This document shows positions 10,431-22,192 of a stretch of DNA of 64,000 bases, in pieces; positions within the stretch are counted from its first letter, which is position 1; each line of letters starts with the position of its first letter. The position numbers and the translations under genes are program-made. The DNA lies in the IMG/VR virus record IMGVR_UViG_3300006737_000017, positions 1 through 64,000 of that record, one strand, 5' to 3'. The notes beneath the pieces were generated by a model, which saw only the letters and a program-made list of their open reading frames with translations, ran no database searches and was not told where the DNA came from. This stretch comes from a virus.

Positions 10431-10556
10431 AGGTGAATTTCAACACCTGTAAAAAAATTGCTAACAAACTTTTTTTTACCGGGAAAATTCAATAGTTGAT
10501 GGTGATCTGAGAATAGGTAGCTAGAATGTTAGCTTAATGATCACCATCTTCTATTG
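10431..10556 (+). other. Structured intergenic element (two hairpins)
   Basis: AGGTG/CACCT hairpin 10431-10448; CAATAG-TT-GATGGTGATC (10490-10507) pairs with GATCACCATC-TT-CTATTG (10539-10556) and encloses AGCTA/TAGCT. Confidence 0.55.
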
Positions 10557-10589
10557 TTAATAACTTTTTCAAAATACTTGTCCTTTTCT

Positions 10590-10618
10590 TTGGATAAGTC
10601 GAAAAAAATTCTTATATT
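10590..10618 (+). promoter_or_regulatory. Conserved phage promoter, copy 5
   Basis: TTGGATAAGTC-N12-TATATT. Confidence 0.75.
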
Positions 10619-10646
10619 AGTATTATAATAAAAAAGACCAAACTAA

Positions 10647-11681
10647 ATGAAAAAGTATTATAGCGATATACTAAGCAATCTAAAAGAGGACTCTGAACCT
10701 TTGAAACTAAATGATAGGGTTTTACTAATAGATGGCTTAAACACATTTATCAGAGCTTTTGTTATGAACCCTTCAACTAATGAAGATGGTATTCATATAG
10801 GCGGTATTAAAGGATTCCTTTTATCAATAGGCTATGCTATTAAAAATATTAAACCCACTAGGGTAATAATTTGTTTTGATGGTGCTGGCGGTTCACAACG
10901 TAGACGTAAACTACATCCAGATTATAAACAGAATCGTAAAGTAAACCGAAAGCTTTTAAGAGCTGCCCATCAAGATCACTCAGCTGAAGATAATAAACTT
11001 GCAATGAAGTATCAAATGCAAAGGCTAATTGGGTATCTTTCTAATTGCCCAGTAACATTGGCAACTATAGATAAAATAGAAGCCGATGATTCAATAGCTT
11101 ATATGTGCAAACAACTATTACCAGATAGCAATTGTTTTATAATGTCTTCAGATAAAGACTTCTTACAATTAGTAGATAGCAGGATTACAGTTTGGTCTCC
11201 AACAAAAAAGAAATATTATTTTGCACACGATGTTCAAGATGAATTTGGTTTAATACCAGAAAATTATATATTATACAAATGCTTGCTTGGTGACAAAGGT
11301 GATAATGTTCCTGGCATTAGAGGTTTAGGTCATAAGTCTCTTATAAAGCATTTACCTATTCTATTCGGTCCAGACGTATTAACTCTAGAAGATATTATAG
11401 AATATGCAAAAACAAATTCAATTCCATCAAGACAATTGAATTTAATTAAAGATAACGAAGATAAGCTCTATCTAAACTATCAACTAATGCAATTACATGA
11501 AACTGAAATATCAGGTTCAGCAAAAGAAAAATTGCAAAATATATTAAAAGCAGATATTCCTTCATTCGTAAAATATGATTTTATGAAAATGCTTTTAGAA
11601 GATAGAATGCTTATAGTAAAAAACATAGAATTTTGGATAAGAGATGTTTTCTTATCACTAGACACAAAGGCTAAAGAATGA
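10647..11681 (+). CDS. 5'-3' exonuclease / flap endonuclease (T4 RNase H-like)
   Basis: LLIDGLN, CFDG, YKQNR, EADD, SSDKDFLQL, GDKGDNVPGIRGLG. Confidence 0.92.
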   Translation: MKKYYSDILSNLKEDSEPLKLNDRVLLIDGLNTFIRAFVMNPSTNEDGIHIGGIKGFLLSIGYAIKNIKPTRVIICFDGAGGSQRRRKLHPDYKQNRKVNRKLLRAAHQDHSAEDNKLAMKYQMQRLIGYLSNCPVTLATIDKIEADDSIAYMCKQLLPDSNCFIMSSDKDFLQLVDSRITVWSPTKKKYYFAHDVQDEFGLIPENYILYKCLLGDKGDNVPGIRGLGHKSLIKHLPILFGPDVLTLEDIIEYAKTNSIPSRQLNLIKDNEDKLYLNYQLMQLHETEISGSAKEKLQNILKADIPSFVKYDFMKMLLEDRMLIVKNIEFWIRDVFLSLDTKAKE

Positions 11682-13024
11682 TAAACAAACTTTCAGATTT
11701 CGGATATAACTTTCAAGTTAAATTAATAGCTGCACTATTAACTGATAAAAACTTTTTGCAACAGATTTCAGATATATTAGATTATAAATATTTTGAATCA
11801 GAAGCAACATCTTTTATTGTTAAATGTATAAAATCGCATGTTATAGAATTTAAGGCTCCACCAACAATGGAGGTAATGAAAGTAAAAATTAAAGAATTAA
11901 AGGATGACGTATTAGAAACATCTGTTGTATCTTCATTAAAAGATGCAATGAGAAATGTTGAATCTACTGATCTAGCATTTATTAAAGAAGAATCTATAAA
12001 GTTTTGTAAAAATCAAAAATTAAAGGGTGCTATCGTTGAATCTGTTAACCTATTAGAAAGTGGAGAATTTGAAGCTATTAAGGTTAAGATTGATGAAGCA
12101 ATGAAAGCTGGGGGAGATAGGAATATCGGTCACGAATATAATATTGATGTTGATGATAGGTATAAGGAAAGTGTTCGTAACACAATTACAACAGGATGGG
12201 AAGTAATTGACGATTTAGCAGATGGAGGTTTGGGCTCTGGAGAATTAGGAGTAATGGTAGCACCCGCCGGTATTGGAAAATCTTGGGCATTAGCAAATGT
12301 TGGTGCCAACGCAGTAAAAGCAGGTAAAACAGTTTTACATTATACATTAGAATTAAATCAAGCTTATGTTGGTTTGAGGTATGATTCTATATTCACAGGT
12401 ATTGCTGCTCAAGATTTGAAGTATAATTTAGATGACGTTAAGAAAAGGTTAAAAACTATACCAGGAGAATTGATTATAAAATATTACCCTACAAAGGGTG
12501 CAACAGTTTTATCTATTGGTTCTCATATAGAGAAATGCATAATACAAAGTAAAAAACCTGATCTAGTAATCGTAGATTATGCCGATTTATTACGCGGTAA
12601 TGGTAGAGAAGTAAGACACGAGCTTGGTAATATATACGAAGATTTACGTGGATTAGCTGGTGAATATGAAATCCCAGTATGGACAGCTTCTCAAGCTAAT
12701 CGTTCTGCATTACAAGAGGACGTAATTCAAGCTGATAAAATTGCTGAATCTTATTCGAAGATAATGACTGCAGATTTTGTAGTTTCTTTATCCAGAAAGA
12801 TAGAAGACAAGGCAGCTGGAACTGGGAGATGGCATGTTATAAAAAATAGATTTGGACCAGATGGTATTACTTTACCATCAAAGATGAATGCTTCTAATGG
12901 TCAAATAGATATCTATGATGGAGGCACTGTACAAGGCCAAGCAGCACAACAAGACATCAATGACAATTCAGAATATTTAAGAAAAATGCTAGGTAAAAAG
13001 TTCGAAGAATTAAATACAAAGTAG
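11678..13024 (+). CDS. dnaB: Replicative DNA helicase (DnaB/gp41-like)
   Basis: APAGIGKS, YTLEL, IVDYADL, TASQANR, KNRFG. Confidence 0.92.
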   Translation: MINKLSDFGYNFQVKLIAALLTDKNFLQQISDILDYKYFESEATSFIVKCIKSHVIEFKAPPTMEVMKVKIKELKDDVLETSVVSSLKDAMRNVESTDLAFIKEESIKFCKNQKLKGAIVESVNLLESGEFEAIKVKIDEAMKAGGDRNIGHEYNIDVDDRYKESVRNTITTGWEVIDDLADGGLGSGELGVMVAPAGIGKSWALANVGANAVKAGKTVLHYTLELNQAYVGLRYDSIFTGIAAQDLKYNLDDVKKRLKTIPGELIIKYYPTKGATVLSIGSHIEKCIIQSKKPDLVIVDYADLLRGNGREVRHELGNIYEDLRGLAGEYEIPVWTASQANRSALQEDVIQADKIAESYSKIMTADFVVSLSRKIEDKAAGTGRWHVIKNRFGPDGITLPSKMNASNGQIDIYDGGTVQGQAAQQDINDNSEYLRKMLGKKFEELNTK

Positions 13025-13059
13025 AGGTTATATAAATATATATGCATATTTATTATGGA

Positions 13060-13090
13060 GACTGGCACTAACCATGCCGGTCATTTTTAT
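13060..13090 (+). terminator. GC-rich hairpin with T-tract upstream of RNR
   Basis: GACTGGCA-CTAACCA-TGCCGGTC followed by ATTTTTAT. Confidence 0.45.
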
Positions 13091-13123
13091 CTATAAAAAC
13101 TAACAAAAATAAAGGAAGAAACA

Positions 13124-14983
13124 ATGGAAGTATCAAATCAGATTTTATCGGAAATCACAGTATACATGAAGTACGCCAAGTATAACGAGGAGCTAGGCAG
13201 AAGGGAAACGTGGAAAGAATTAGTTACTCGTAATAAAAAAATGCATATAAAGAAATTTCCAACATTGAAAGATGAAATTGAAGATGCTTATAAATTAGTA
13301 TATGATAAGAAAATTTTGCCGTCTATGAGGTCTTTGCAATTTGGTGGAAAACCAATAGAGATATCTCCAAACAGAATTTACAATTGTGCTTATTTACCAA
13401 TAGATTCCATTGAATCTTTTAGTGAAACTATGTTTTTGTTGTTGGGTGGAACCGGAGTTGGTTATTCTGTTCAAAGACATCACGTAAATAAATTACCAGT
13501 TATCAATAAGCCTTATCCAAAAAGAAAGAGAAGATTTTTAATTGGAGATTCAATTGAAGGTTGGGCTGATGCTGTAAAGGTGTTGATGAAATCTTATATG
13601 AATGGAGGAGGATCTAGAATAGAATTCGATTATTCTGACATTAGAGCTAAGGGAGCAAGGTTAATTACTTCAGGTGGTAAAGCTCCAGGACCTCAGCCTC
13701 TAAAAGAATGTTTATTAAAATTGCAAGGTATATTAGAATCAAAAGAAACTGGTGATAGATTAACTACATTAGAAGCTCATGATATGATTTGTCATATTGC
13801 TGATGCTGTATTAGCAGGAGGTATTCGTAGAGCTGCTTTAATTTCTTTATTTAACGCAGACGATGAACAAATGATTTCTTGTAAATCGGGTGATTGGTGG
13901 GAGAAGAACCCTCAACGTGGTAGAGCAAATAACTCTGCTTGTTTAATGAGACATAAAATTACTAAATCTTTCTTCATGGATCTTTGGAAAAGAGTTGAAT
14001 TATCTAATGCTGGAGAACCTGGTATCTATTTCAATAATGATAAAGATTGGGGAACTAACCCATGTTGCGAAATTGCATTAAGACCTTTTCAGTTTTGTAA
14101 TTTATGCGAAGTAAACGTTTCAAATATTGAATCTCAAGAAGATCTTAACAAGAGAGTAAAGGCAGCAGCATTCATTGGAACTTTACAAGCAGGATATACA
14201 GAATTCCATTATCTAAGAGAAATTTGGAGAGAGACTACAGAGAAGGATGCATTAATAGGAGTTTCAATGACTGGTATAGGTTCTGGAGTCGTTTTAGGTT
14301 ATAATATGACTGAAGCTGCAAAAATAGTTAAGAAAGAAAATATAAGAGTTGCAAAGATAATAGGTATTAATAAGTCTGCAAGAACTACAACAGTTAAACC
14401 AGCAGGAACAACTTCTTTAGTATTAGGAACTTCTTCAGGTATTCACGCATGGCACAATGACTATTATATTAGAAGAATAAGAGTTGGTAAGAATGAATCT
14501 ATTTATCCTTATCTAAAAGCAAACCATCCTGATTTAATAGAAGATGAATATTTTAGACCACACGATACAGCAGTTATTCAAGTGCCACAGAAAGCACCAG
14601 AAGGTTCTATACTAAGAACAGAGTCACCATTTCAGATTTTAGAGAGAGTAAAGAAAGTAGCATCTGAATGGGTAAATCCTGGTCATAGAAACGGGTCAAA
14701 CACTCATAACGTTTCAGCAACTATATCATTGAAACCTGACGATTGGGAATTAGCTGGTCAATGGATGTGGGAAAATAGAAAACATTATAACGGACTATCA
14801 GTATTACCTTATAATGGTGGAACATATACTCAAGCACCATTTGAAGATATTACTAAAGAAAAATACAATGAGATGTTACAATCACTAAGTGATGTAAACC
14901 TTTCAAACGTTATGGAAAAAGAAGATAATACAAATTTATCTGGGGAATTAGCTTGTGCAGGAGGATCTTGTGAAATCACTTAA
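13124..14983 (+). CDS. nrdJ: Class II (adenosylcobalamin-dependent) ribonucleotide reductase
   Basis: NCAY, GGIRRAALI, TNPCCEI, CNLCEV, VKPAGTTS, C-terminal CAGGSCEI; no small subunit adjacent. Confidence 0.9.
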   Translation: MEVSNQILSEITVYMKYAKYNEELGRRETWKELVTRNKKMHIKKFPTLKDEIEDAYKLVYDKKILPSMRSLQFGGKPIEISPNRIYNCAYLPIDSIESFSETMFLLLGGTGVGYSVQRHHVNKLPVINKPYPKRKRRFLIGDSIEGWADAVKVLMKSYMNGGGSRIEFDYSDIRAKGARLITSGGKAPGPQPLKECLLKLQGILESKETGDRLTTLEAHDMICHIADAVLAGGIRRAALISLFNADDEQMISCKSGDWWEKNPQRGRANNSACLMRHKITKSFFMDLWKRVELSNAGEPGIYFNNDKDWGTNPCCEIALRPFQFCNLCEVNVSNIESQEDLNKRVKAAAFIGTLQAGYTEFHYLREIWRETTEKDALIGVSMTGIGSGVVLGYNMTEAAKIVKKENIRVAKIIGINKSARTTTVKPAGTTSLVLGTSSGIHAWHNDYYIRRIRVGKNESIYPYLKANHPDLIEDEYFRPHDTAVIQVPQKAPEGSILRTESPFQILERVKKVASEWVNPGHRNGSNTHNVSATISLKPDDWELAGQWMWENRKHYNGLSVLPYNGGTYTQAPFEDITKEKYNEMLQSLSDVNLSNVMEKEDNTNLSGELACAGGSCEIT

Positions 14984-15048
14984 AGACGACTGGATCTCTG
15001 CTCTATACTTCCAACAAATGGTTATTAAAAACTCCAAGGAGAATAATA

Positions 15049-15243
15049 ATGATCAACATAAACGAATTGAACCGAAAGTTAAAAGCAGCTCAAGAGGAAA
15101 TAAAGGAATTCCAAAAAAATTGCAAACATGAAAAACAAGCAATGAAGATGAACGACAAGAATGAAATAAAATGGCACTGCATAAAGTGTGATATGTTTAC
15201 AAAATTACCAACAAAGGACGAGGTTACAAAATGGCTGAAATAA
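15049..15243 (+). CDS. Small Zn-binding hypothetical protein
   Basis: CKH...CIKC. Confidence 0.55.
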   Translation: MININELNRKLKAAQEEIKEFQKNCKHEKQAMKMNDKNEIKWHCIKCDMFTKLPTKDEVTKWLK

Positions 15244-15476
15244 AAGAAGAAAAAGAATTAGTTTTACAAAGAGTACCACCTGGAGATCAATGGTCTCCTG
15301 TCAATGGTGATACAAAAATGGTACTACCATCTTTAACAGAAGGGTTAGAATACATTTTTCAGAGAGATGGACAAAGAGATTTTCATTTAGCAGCATTAGA
15401 TGGTAAAGTATATGCTGTTAGTGAAATAGAAATAGCTCCTCCTCCACCAAAGAAATTCAATTTATATGGCGAATAA
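15231..15476 (+). CDS. Hypothetical protein
   Basis: 81 aa, GAGG upstream. Confidence 0.6.
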   Translation: MAEIKEEKELVLQRVPPGDQWSPVNGDTKMVLPSLTEGLEYIFQRDGQRDFHLAALDGKVYAVSEIEIAPPPPKKFNLYGE

Positions 15477-15477
15477 T

Positions 15478-15506
15478 TTCGATAAGTCGAAAAAATTTAT
15501 TATATT
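15478..15506 (+). promoter_or_regulatory. Conserved phage promoter, copy 6
   Basis: TTCGATAAGTC-N12-TATATT; ATG 6 nt downstream. Confidence 0.75.
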
Positions 15507-15512
15507 AGTTAT

Positions 15513-16034
15513 ATGATTACAATGATAGAAGGCCCTAGGAATACGGGCAAAACACACTTACTAAAAGAGTCTGGAATAAAGGTTTATAAATTTCCATTTG
15601 CAAAATGGTATGATATCTTAGATTTAGGCAAAGATAAATTAGCTGCAAATGCTTTTGGCATGGGCAGGTTAATGTTGCATGACTTAGATAACAATGGGTA
15701 TATAGACAATATAGTTACAGATAGAAGTATTATTACTCCATTAGCTTGGGGAGTTATAGAAGGTCGCATGGATAAAAGACAATCTCATAACCTTTTAATG
15801 GAAATGATAAATACTGGTATTATAAACGTTGATAATAAAATTATTTATATGAAAGGCGATAATCCAAATGGCAGAAACAGAGGAGATCATTGGGATGAAG
15901 CTGATTATGAAATAGAAGATAGAATGTATTATCATATAATGGAAACAATTGATAAATATTTAGGAAACGTTATAGAGTTTGAAAATAAATTTGATAAGTT
16001 ATCAGTTGCATTATTTAAGAAGGCAGTACTATGA
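15513..16034 (+). CDS. P-loop dNMP kinase-like protein
   Basis: IEGPRNTGKT P-loop and VTDRS motif as in the thymidylate-kinase fold. Confidence 0.7.
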   Translation: MITMIEGPRNTGKTHLLKESGIKVYKFPFAKWYDILDLGKDKLAANAFGMGRLMLHDLDNNGYIDNIVTDRSIITPLAWGVIEGRMDKRQSHNLLMEMINTGIINVDNKIIYMKGDNPNGRNRGDHWDEADYEIEDRMYYHIMETIDKYLGNVIEFENKFDKLSVALFKKAVL

Positions 16035-16780
16035 GTTTCTCACAATATCCATCACACGCAATTAAAAAGACCAAAGAAAAATTATACTCTTTAGGTAAAG
16101 AAGTATTCAGTGGTAAATGGCAATCAGTAGATACGGATCATGCAATGTGGGAATTATTCAATCATAATTTTTCTACAGCAATGCCTCAAACTATTGAAGA
16201 AATGGCTAAAGAAATCAAACCCAATCTTCCTTGGGCAAATGATCATTTTGAAGAAAGAATTGGAGGTAAACCATTGAATCCTCCACCAAGTAACGAATGG
16301 TGGCCATTTGCACAAAGAGGTAACAAGCAATTCAAAGCAGAAGAAAAGTTTTCTCATACATATCCTGAAAGACTATGGCCTCCATATAGAAAGGGTGTTA
16401 GATATAATTATGGCGATATGGGTGATGTAATAGATTTGCTAGAAAGAGAACCCTATACTCGTCAAGCTTTCTTACCAATATGGTTTCCAGAAGATACTGG
16501 TGCTCATCACAAAGAAAGAGTTCCATGTACAATAGGTTATCATTTTATTAGAAGAGCTGAATTTCTGCACATGTTTTACTTCATTCGTTCATGTGATTAC
16601 GTCAGACACTTTAGAGATGATATATACATGGCAATGAGAAAAGCCAGATTTGTATTAGATGAATTACAAAAAAGAAGTAAAGATTGGAAAGAAGTAAAGC
16701 TTGGTCTTTATGATATGAAAATAATTTCATTACACTGTTTTGCTGGTGAAAAAGAAATACTAAAACAAAATAATAAATAG
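16031..16780 (+). CDS. Thymidylate synthase homolog, likely dCMP hydroxymethylase-type
   Basis: TRQA, catalytic PCTIGYHF, RSCDYVRHFRDD with Asp at the TS Asn177-equivalent position, SLH. Confidence 0.75.
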   Translation: MSFSQYPSHAIKKTKEKLYSLGKEVFSGKWQSVDTDHAMWELFNHNFSTAMPQTIEEMAKEIKPNLPWANDHFEERIGGKPLNPPPSNEWWPFAQRGNKQFKAEEKFSHTYPERLWPPYRKGVRYNYGDMGDVIDLLEREPYTRQAFLPIWFPEDTGAHHKERVPCTIGYHFIRRAEFLHMFYFIRSCDYVRHFRDDIYMAMRKARFVLDELQKRSKDWKEVKLGLYDMKIISLHCFAGEKEILKQNNK

Positions 16781-16789
16781 GAGAAGAAA

Positions 16790-17227
16790 ATGAAGTTTAC
16801 AAAAATTAGAGATGTTAAATCTCCAACAAGAGCTAACTCAACAGATGCAGGTATAGATTTTTTTATACCTAATACTGAACAACCGATGTGCTTAAGCCCA
16901 GGTCACTCATGCGTAGTACCATCTGGTATTAAGGTTAATTGCCCAGAAGGTTATGCACTGATAGCATTTAACAAGTCAGGTATAGCAGTTAAAAAATCTT
17001 TGCATGTTGGTGCATGCGTAGTAGACCATGGTTATCAAGGTGAAGTACATATAAATTTAACTAACGTTGGTACAGAAAATATAACATTAGAACCTGGTGA
17101 TAAAATAGTCCAGTTTGTTTTATTACCATTAGGAGATCCAAAAGTAGAAGAAGTATCAGAAGAAAATCTATATAACGAAGTATCTTCTAGAGGTGAAGGA
17201 AAATTTGGCTCATCTGGGACAAAATAG
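16790..17227 (+). CDS. dut: Trimeric dUTPase
   Basis: AGIDF, KSG, VVDHGYQGEV, GDKIVQ, RGEGKFGSSG. Confidence 0.92.
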   Translation: MKFTKIRDVKSPTRANSTDAGIDFFIPNTEQPMCLSPGHSCVVPSGIKVNCPEGYALIAFNKSGIAVKKSLHVGACVVDHGYQGEVHINLTNVGTENITLEPGDKIVQFVLLPLGDPKVEEVSEENLYNEVSSRGEGKFGSSGTK

Positions 17228-17239
17228 TTCTCCAAAAAT

Positions 17240-17268
17240 TTGGATATGTCGAAAAAAATGATTATATT
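17240..17268 (+). promoter_or_regulatory. Conserved phage promoter, copy 7
   Basis: TTGGATATGTC-N12-TATATT. Confidence 0.75.
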
Positions 17269-17293
17269 AGTATATAATAAAAAAAGATAAAAT

Positions 17294-19741
17294 ATGCTGA
17301 AAGATATAAAGGTTTCAAAAATTACATCCCAATTCAATAAAGGCGATTGGGATATGTACCTTTCTGGGTACGATAAAGATGGTAAAAATGTTAAGCTCAA
17401 AGAAAAGTGCAAAGATTATTTTTACTACGATGCAGAACATATTTCTGATATAGATGAATTCCCTGGGTTAAAAGCTCCGGGTGATGAAATATTCAAATCA
17501 GTTGATGGAAAAGATCTTTTAAGAGTTTATTACACTTCTATTAAGAATAAAAATAAACTTGTTAAGAAAAACGTTAAACGCACATATCAAGCTGATCTTT
17601 CACCTGAATTCAAATTCATGTTAGATAATAATTTGGAATGGTCTTCAAAGCGTCACTTTATGTATTTGGATATTGAAACTTGGTATGATCCAGAGGATTC
17701 ATCTCAAAATAGACCTGATACCCCTAATATGCCAATTACTTCGATAGTTGCTTATTCTAGTGAAGCCGATAAATATTTTGTATTTTCATGGCATCCAGAA
17801 AAGACTAAAAAGTTTGATGAACCAAAATTCGTTGACAAAGACAATGTTACTTATGTTTTTTGTAAAACTGAGCAAGAGGTACTATTGGGCTTTATCAATT
17901 TAGTTAAAACTTCAAACCCAGATATACTTTCAGGTTGGTATTCTTCAGGCTATGATATGCCTTATATATTGAATCGTTCAAAAAGGTTAAATATACCTAT
18001 TGAAGATATATCAGTTGTAAAAGATTATTACATCAAAAAACGTGGTGACTATTGGAAATTTCAAATAAAAGGTTTAGACCATATAGATATGATGGAAGCT
18101 TTACAAGATTTGAAATATAATTTACCCAATTGGAAATTAGCAACTGCAGCAAAGGTTATTCTAAAAGATGAAGAGTTTGGTAAATTAACTGAAGCTACCT
18201 GGAAAAACTGGATTGATGATTATGAAGGCTTCTTAAAATACGCTGTTAGAGATGTTGAAATTCTTAAAGAAATAAATGAAAAAGTTCAAGTGTTTGATCT
18301 GTATATTTCTATGCAACAAATTGCAAATTTGCAAACATTAAATTTAGTATTCTTTAAGTCTATGCTATGTGATAATTACATGTGCAAAGAATTTCATAAT
18401 AAAACTATATTCCCAACTAGATATTCTAAACGCAGAAGAGATTACCAGGGTGCAATTGTTATTGAACCAACAGAGCCAGGGTTAAATGAAAATGTAACAG
18501 TTATGGATTATACTTCTCTATATCCAACAACAATGATGGCTTTTAACATTTCACCTGAAACCTTTATATGCTCTCAAGAACAGTGTGAGAAAGCTGGTAT
18601 GGATATCGAAGATGTAGTCCAGCAATTGAAAGATGATAATATTGATTACGTAGATACTGGATATTCTAAGGATTTATTCGGTAGAAGGTATTTGTTTTAT
18701 GGTCATACTCACAAGGTAGGAATTATACCTCAGATACTTAAAAAGATCTTTGTTCAAAGAGTAGAGATTAACCGGGCATTAAAAGCTGGTGAAATTGCAG
18801 ATGAGAATTATGAAGCAATGCACAAAAGACAATGGTCATATAAAATTATTATGAACTCAGCCTATGGTGCAATGGGATATTCACTATTCAGAATGTGTTT
18901 ATTCGAATGCGCAGATGCTATTACATTCTTTGCAAGACAAGCTTTGAAATTTGGTTTGATTCATTTCAACGAGAAAGGTCATAAACCCTTATATGCTGAT
19001 ACTGATTCTGTATTCATTAAGTCTAATGGTAAAGATGAGGATGGTATGAAAGGTATGCAAAAAGAATATAACGATTCCTTATATGAAAACTTCGTCAAGA
19101 AACATAATACTGGCCCGGTTAAAGAGTTCATGTTCCTTGATCTTAAATTCGAATATTATCTAGATAGAATTTACTTCGGAGATGTTAAGAAAAGATATTA
19201 TGGTATTGTAAAAGGTTCAGGTTATAAAGTAATACGTGGTATGAATATTATACGTAAAGAAACACCAGAGTTCTTAAAGAAAAGATTAAATGATATGGCA
19301 GAATTAGCTGTTAATAATAGACTTACTTTAGATTGGGTATTAAATTTACGTAAAGAAGTAGAAGCACAACCCTATCAAAAGATAGGTATGGCCAAAGGTT
19401 TTGGTAAACCATTTAATACTTATACCAAGACAATGCCTCAACATGTTAAAGCAGCAGTTTGGGCTAATGATATATTAGGAACAGAATTAACTAATATGGA
19501 TAATCCTTATTTATTTTATGTTAAATCTAAAATAGAGGATGATCTTAAAGTTAAACAAAGACATAAAGCAATTTGTATAAATGAAGATGACTTACATTTA
19601 ATAGATAAAAATAAAAATAAATTTGAAATAGATTATGATATACTATTTTACAAACAATGTATTGTACCTATTGAAGAGTTTAAGCAAATGCCTTATATAG
19701 TAGAATTACTTGAAAAATATAATGAAACTATTGCAAATTGA
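17294..19741 (+). CDS. Family-B DNA polymerase with proofreading exonuclease
   Basis: ExoI DIET, ExoII YDMPY, ExoIII YAVRD; DYTSLYPT, KIIMNSAYG, YADTDS, KKRYYG. Confidence 0.95.
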   Translation: MLKDIKVSKITSQFNKGDWDMYLSGYDKDGKNVKLKEKCKDYFYYDAEHISDIDEFPGLKAPGDEIFKSVDGKDLLRVYYTSIKNKNKLVKKNVKRTYQADLSPEFKFMLDNNLEWSSKRHFMYLDIETWYDPEDSSQNRPDTPNMPITSIVAYSSEADKYFVFSWHPEKTKKFDEPKFVDKDNVTYVFCKTEQEVLLGFINLVKTSNPDILSGWYSSGYDMPYILNRSKRLNIPIEDISVVKDYYIKKRGDYWKFQIKGLDHIDMMEALQDLKYNLPNWKLATAAKVILKDEEFGKLTEATWKNWIDDYEGFLKYAVRDVEILKEINEKVQVFDLYISMQQIANLQTLNLVFFKSMLCDNYMCKEFHNKTIFPTRYSKRRRDYQGAIVIEPTEPGLNENVTVMDYTSLYPTTMMAFNISPETFICSQEQCEKAGMDIEDVVQQLKDDNIDYVDTGYSKDLFGRRYLFYGHTHKVGIIPQILKKIFVQRVEINRALKAGEIADENYEAMHKRQWSYKIIMNSAYGAMGYSLFRMCLFECADAITFFARQALKFGLIHFNEKGHKPLYADTDSVFIKSNGKDEDGMKGMQKEYNDSLYENFVKKHNTGPVKEFMFLDLKFEYYLDRIYFGDVKKRYYGIVKGSGYKVIRGMNIIRKETPEFLKKRLNDMAELAVNNRLTLDWVLNLRKEVEAQPYQKIGMAKGFGKPFNTYTKTMPQHVKAAVWANDILGTELTNMDNPYLFYVKSKIEDDLKVKQRHKAICINEDDLHLIDKNKNKFEIDYDILFYKQCIVPIEEFKQMPYIVELLEKYNETIAN

Positions 19742-19805
19742 TAGTTCTACTCTATATTTATATAAGTAAATAAAAAGTTATAAATCAATAATAATGGAGG
19801 TTAAT

Positions 19806-21717
<1,912 letters not shown>

Positions 21718-21737
21718 TTATGGGAAAAGAAATAAAC

Positions 21738-21968
21738 ATGAATCAGCAACAACAAGTAAACATTAATCCTAAAGATCTAGTAGATGTAGTATGCTCAGAA
21801 TGCGGATGTCAAACTTTCACTCAAGTTTTTCTATTCAAAAAGCTTTCAGCTGTATTATCTCCAAATGGTAAAGAATCTATGATACCTTTGCAAGTTTTTT
21901 AGTGCACAGATTGTGGACACATTAATGATGAATTTATTCCAAACAACGATGGTAAAAAAATACTTTAA
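21738..21968 (+). CDS. Zinc-ribbon protein interrupted by an in-frame TAG at 21900-21902
   Basis: CSEC before and CTDC after the TAG; the extended frame ends in a TAATG overlap with the next gene. Confidence 0.65.
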
Positions 21969-22192
21969 TGTCTAAGCAAAAAGAAATACAGCATCATCAC
22001 CCAGATCACTATAACAAGGGAGAGATAGAAGTATGGGACTTTATTGCTGACCAAAAATTAGATTTCTTTGAAGGTAATATAGTAAAATATATTTGCAGAT
22101 GGAGAACAAAAAATGGGTATAAAGATTTATTAAAAGTAAAAGAATACATAGATAAATACTTAGAAGTAACTTCAAAAGAATATGAACTTTAA
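21968..22192 (+). CDS. DUF3310-like protein
   Basis: HPDHY...IEVWDFI...FFEGNIVKYICRW...DLLK. Confidence 0.8.
   Translation: MSKQKEIQHHHPDHYNKGEIEVWDFIADQKLDFFEGNIVKYICRWRTKNGYKDLLKVKEYIDKYLEVTSKEYEL

Noticed and set aside
10417-10646. tRNA or tmRNA in the intergenic gaps
   Set aside because: No cloverleaf, GGTTCGA T-loop or CCA end was found here or in the other gaps.
9271-19741. Inteins or introns in RecA, helicase, RNR or PolB
   Set aside because: Protein lengths and motif spacing are normal; no splice-junction motifs were seen.
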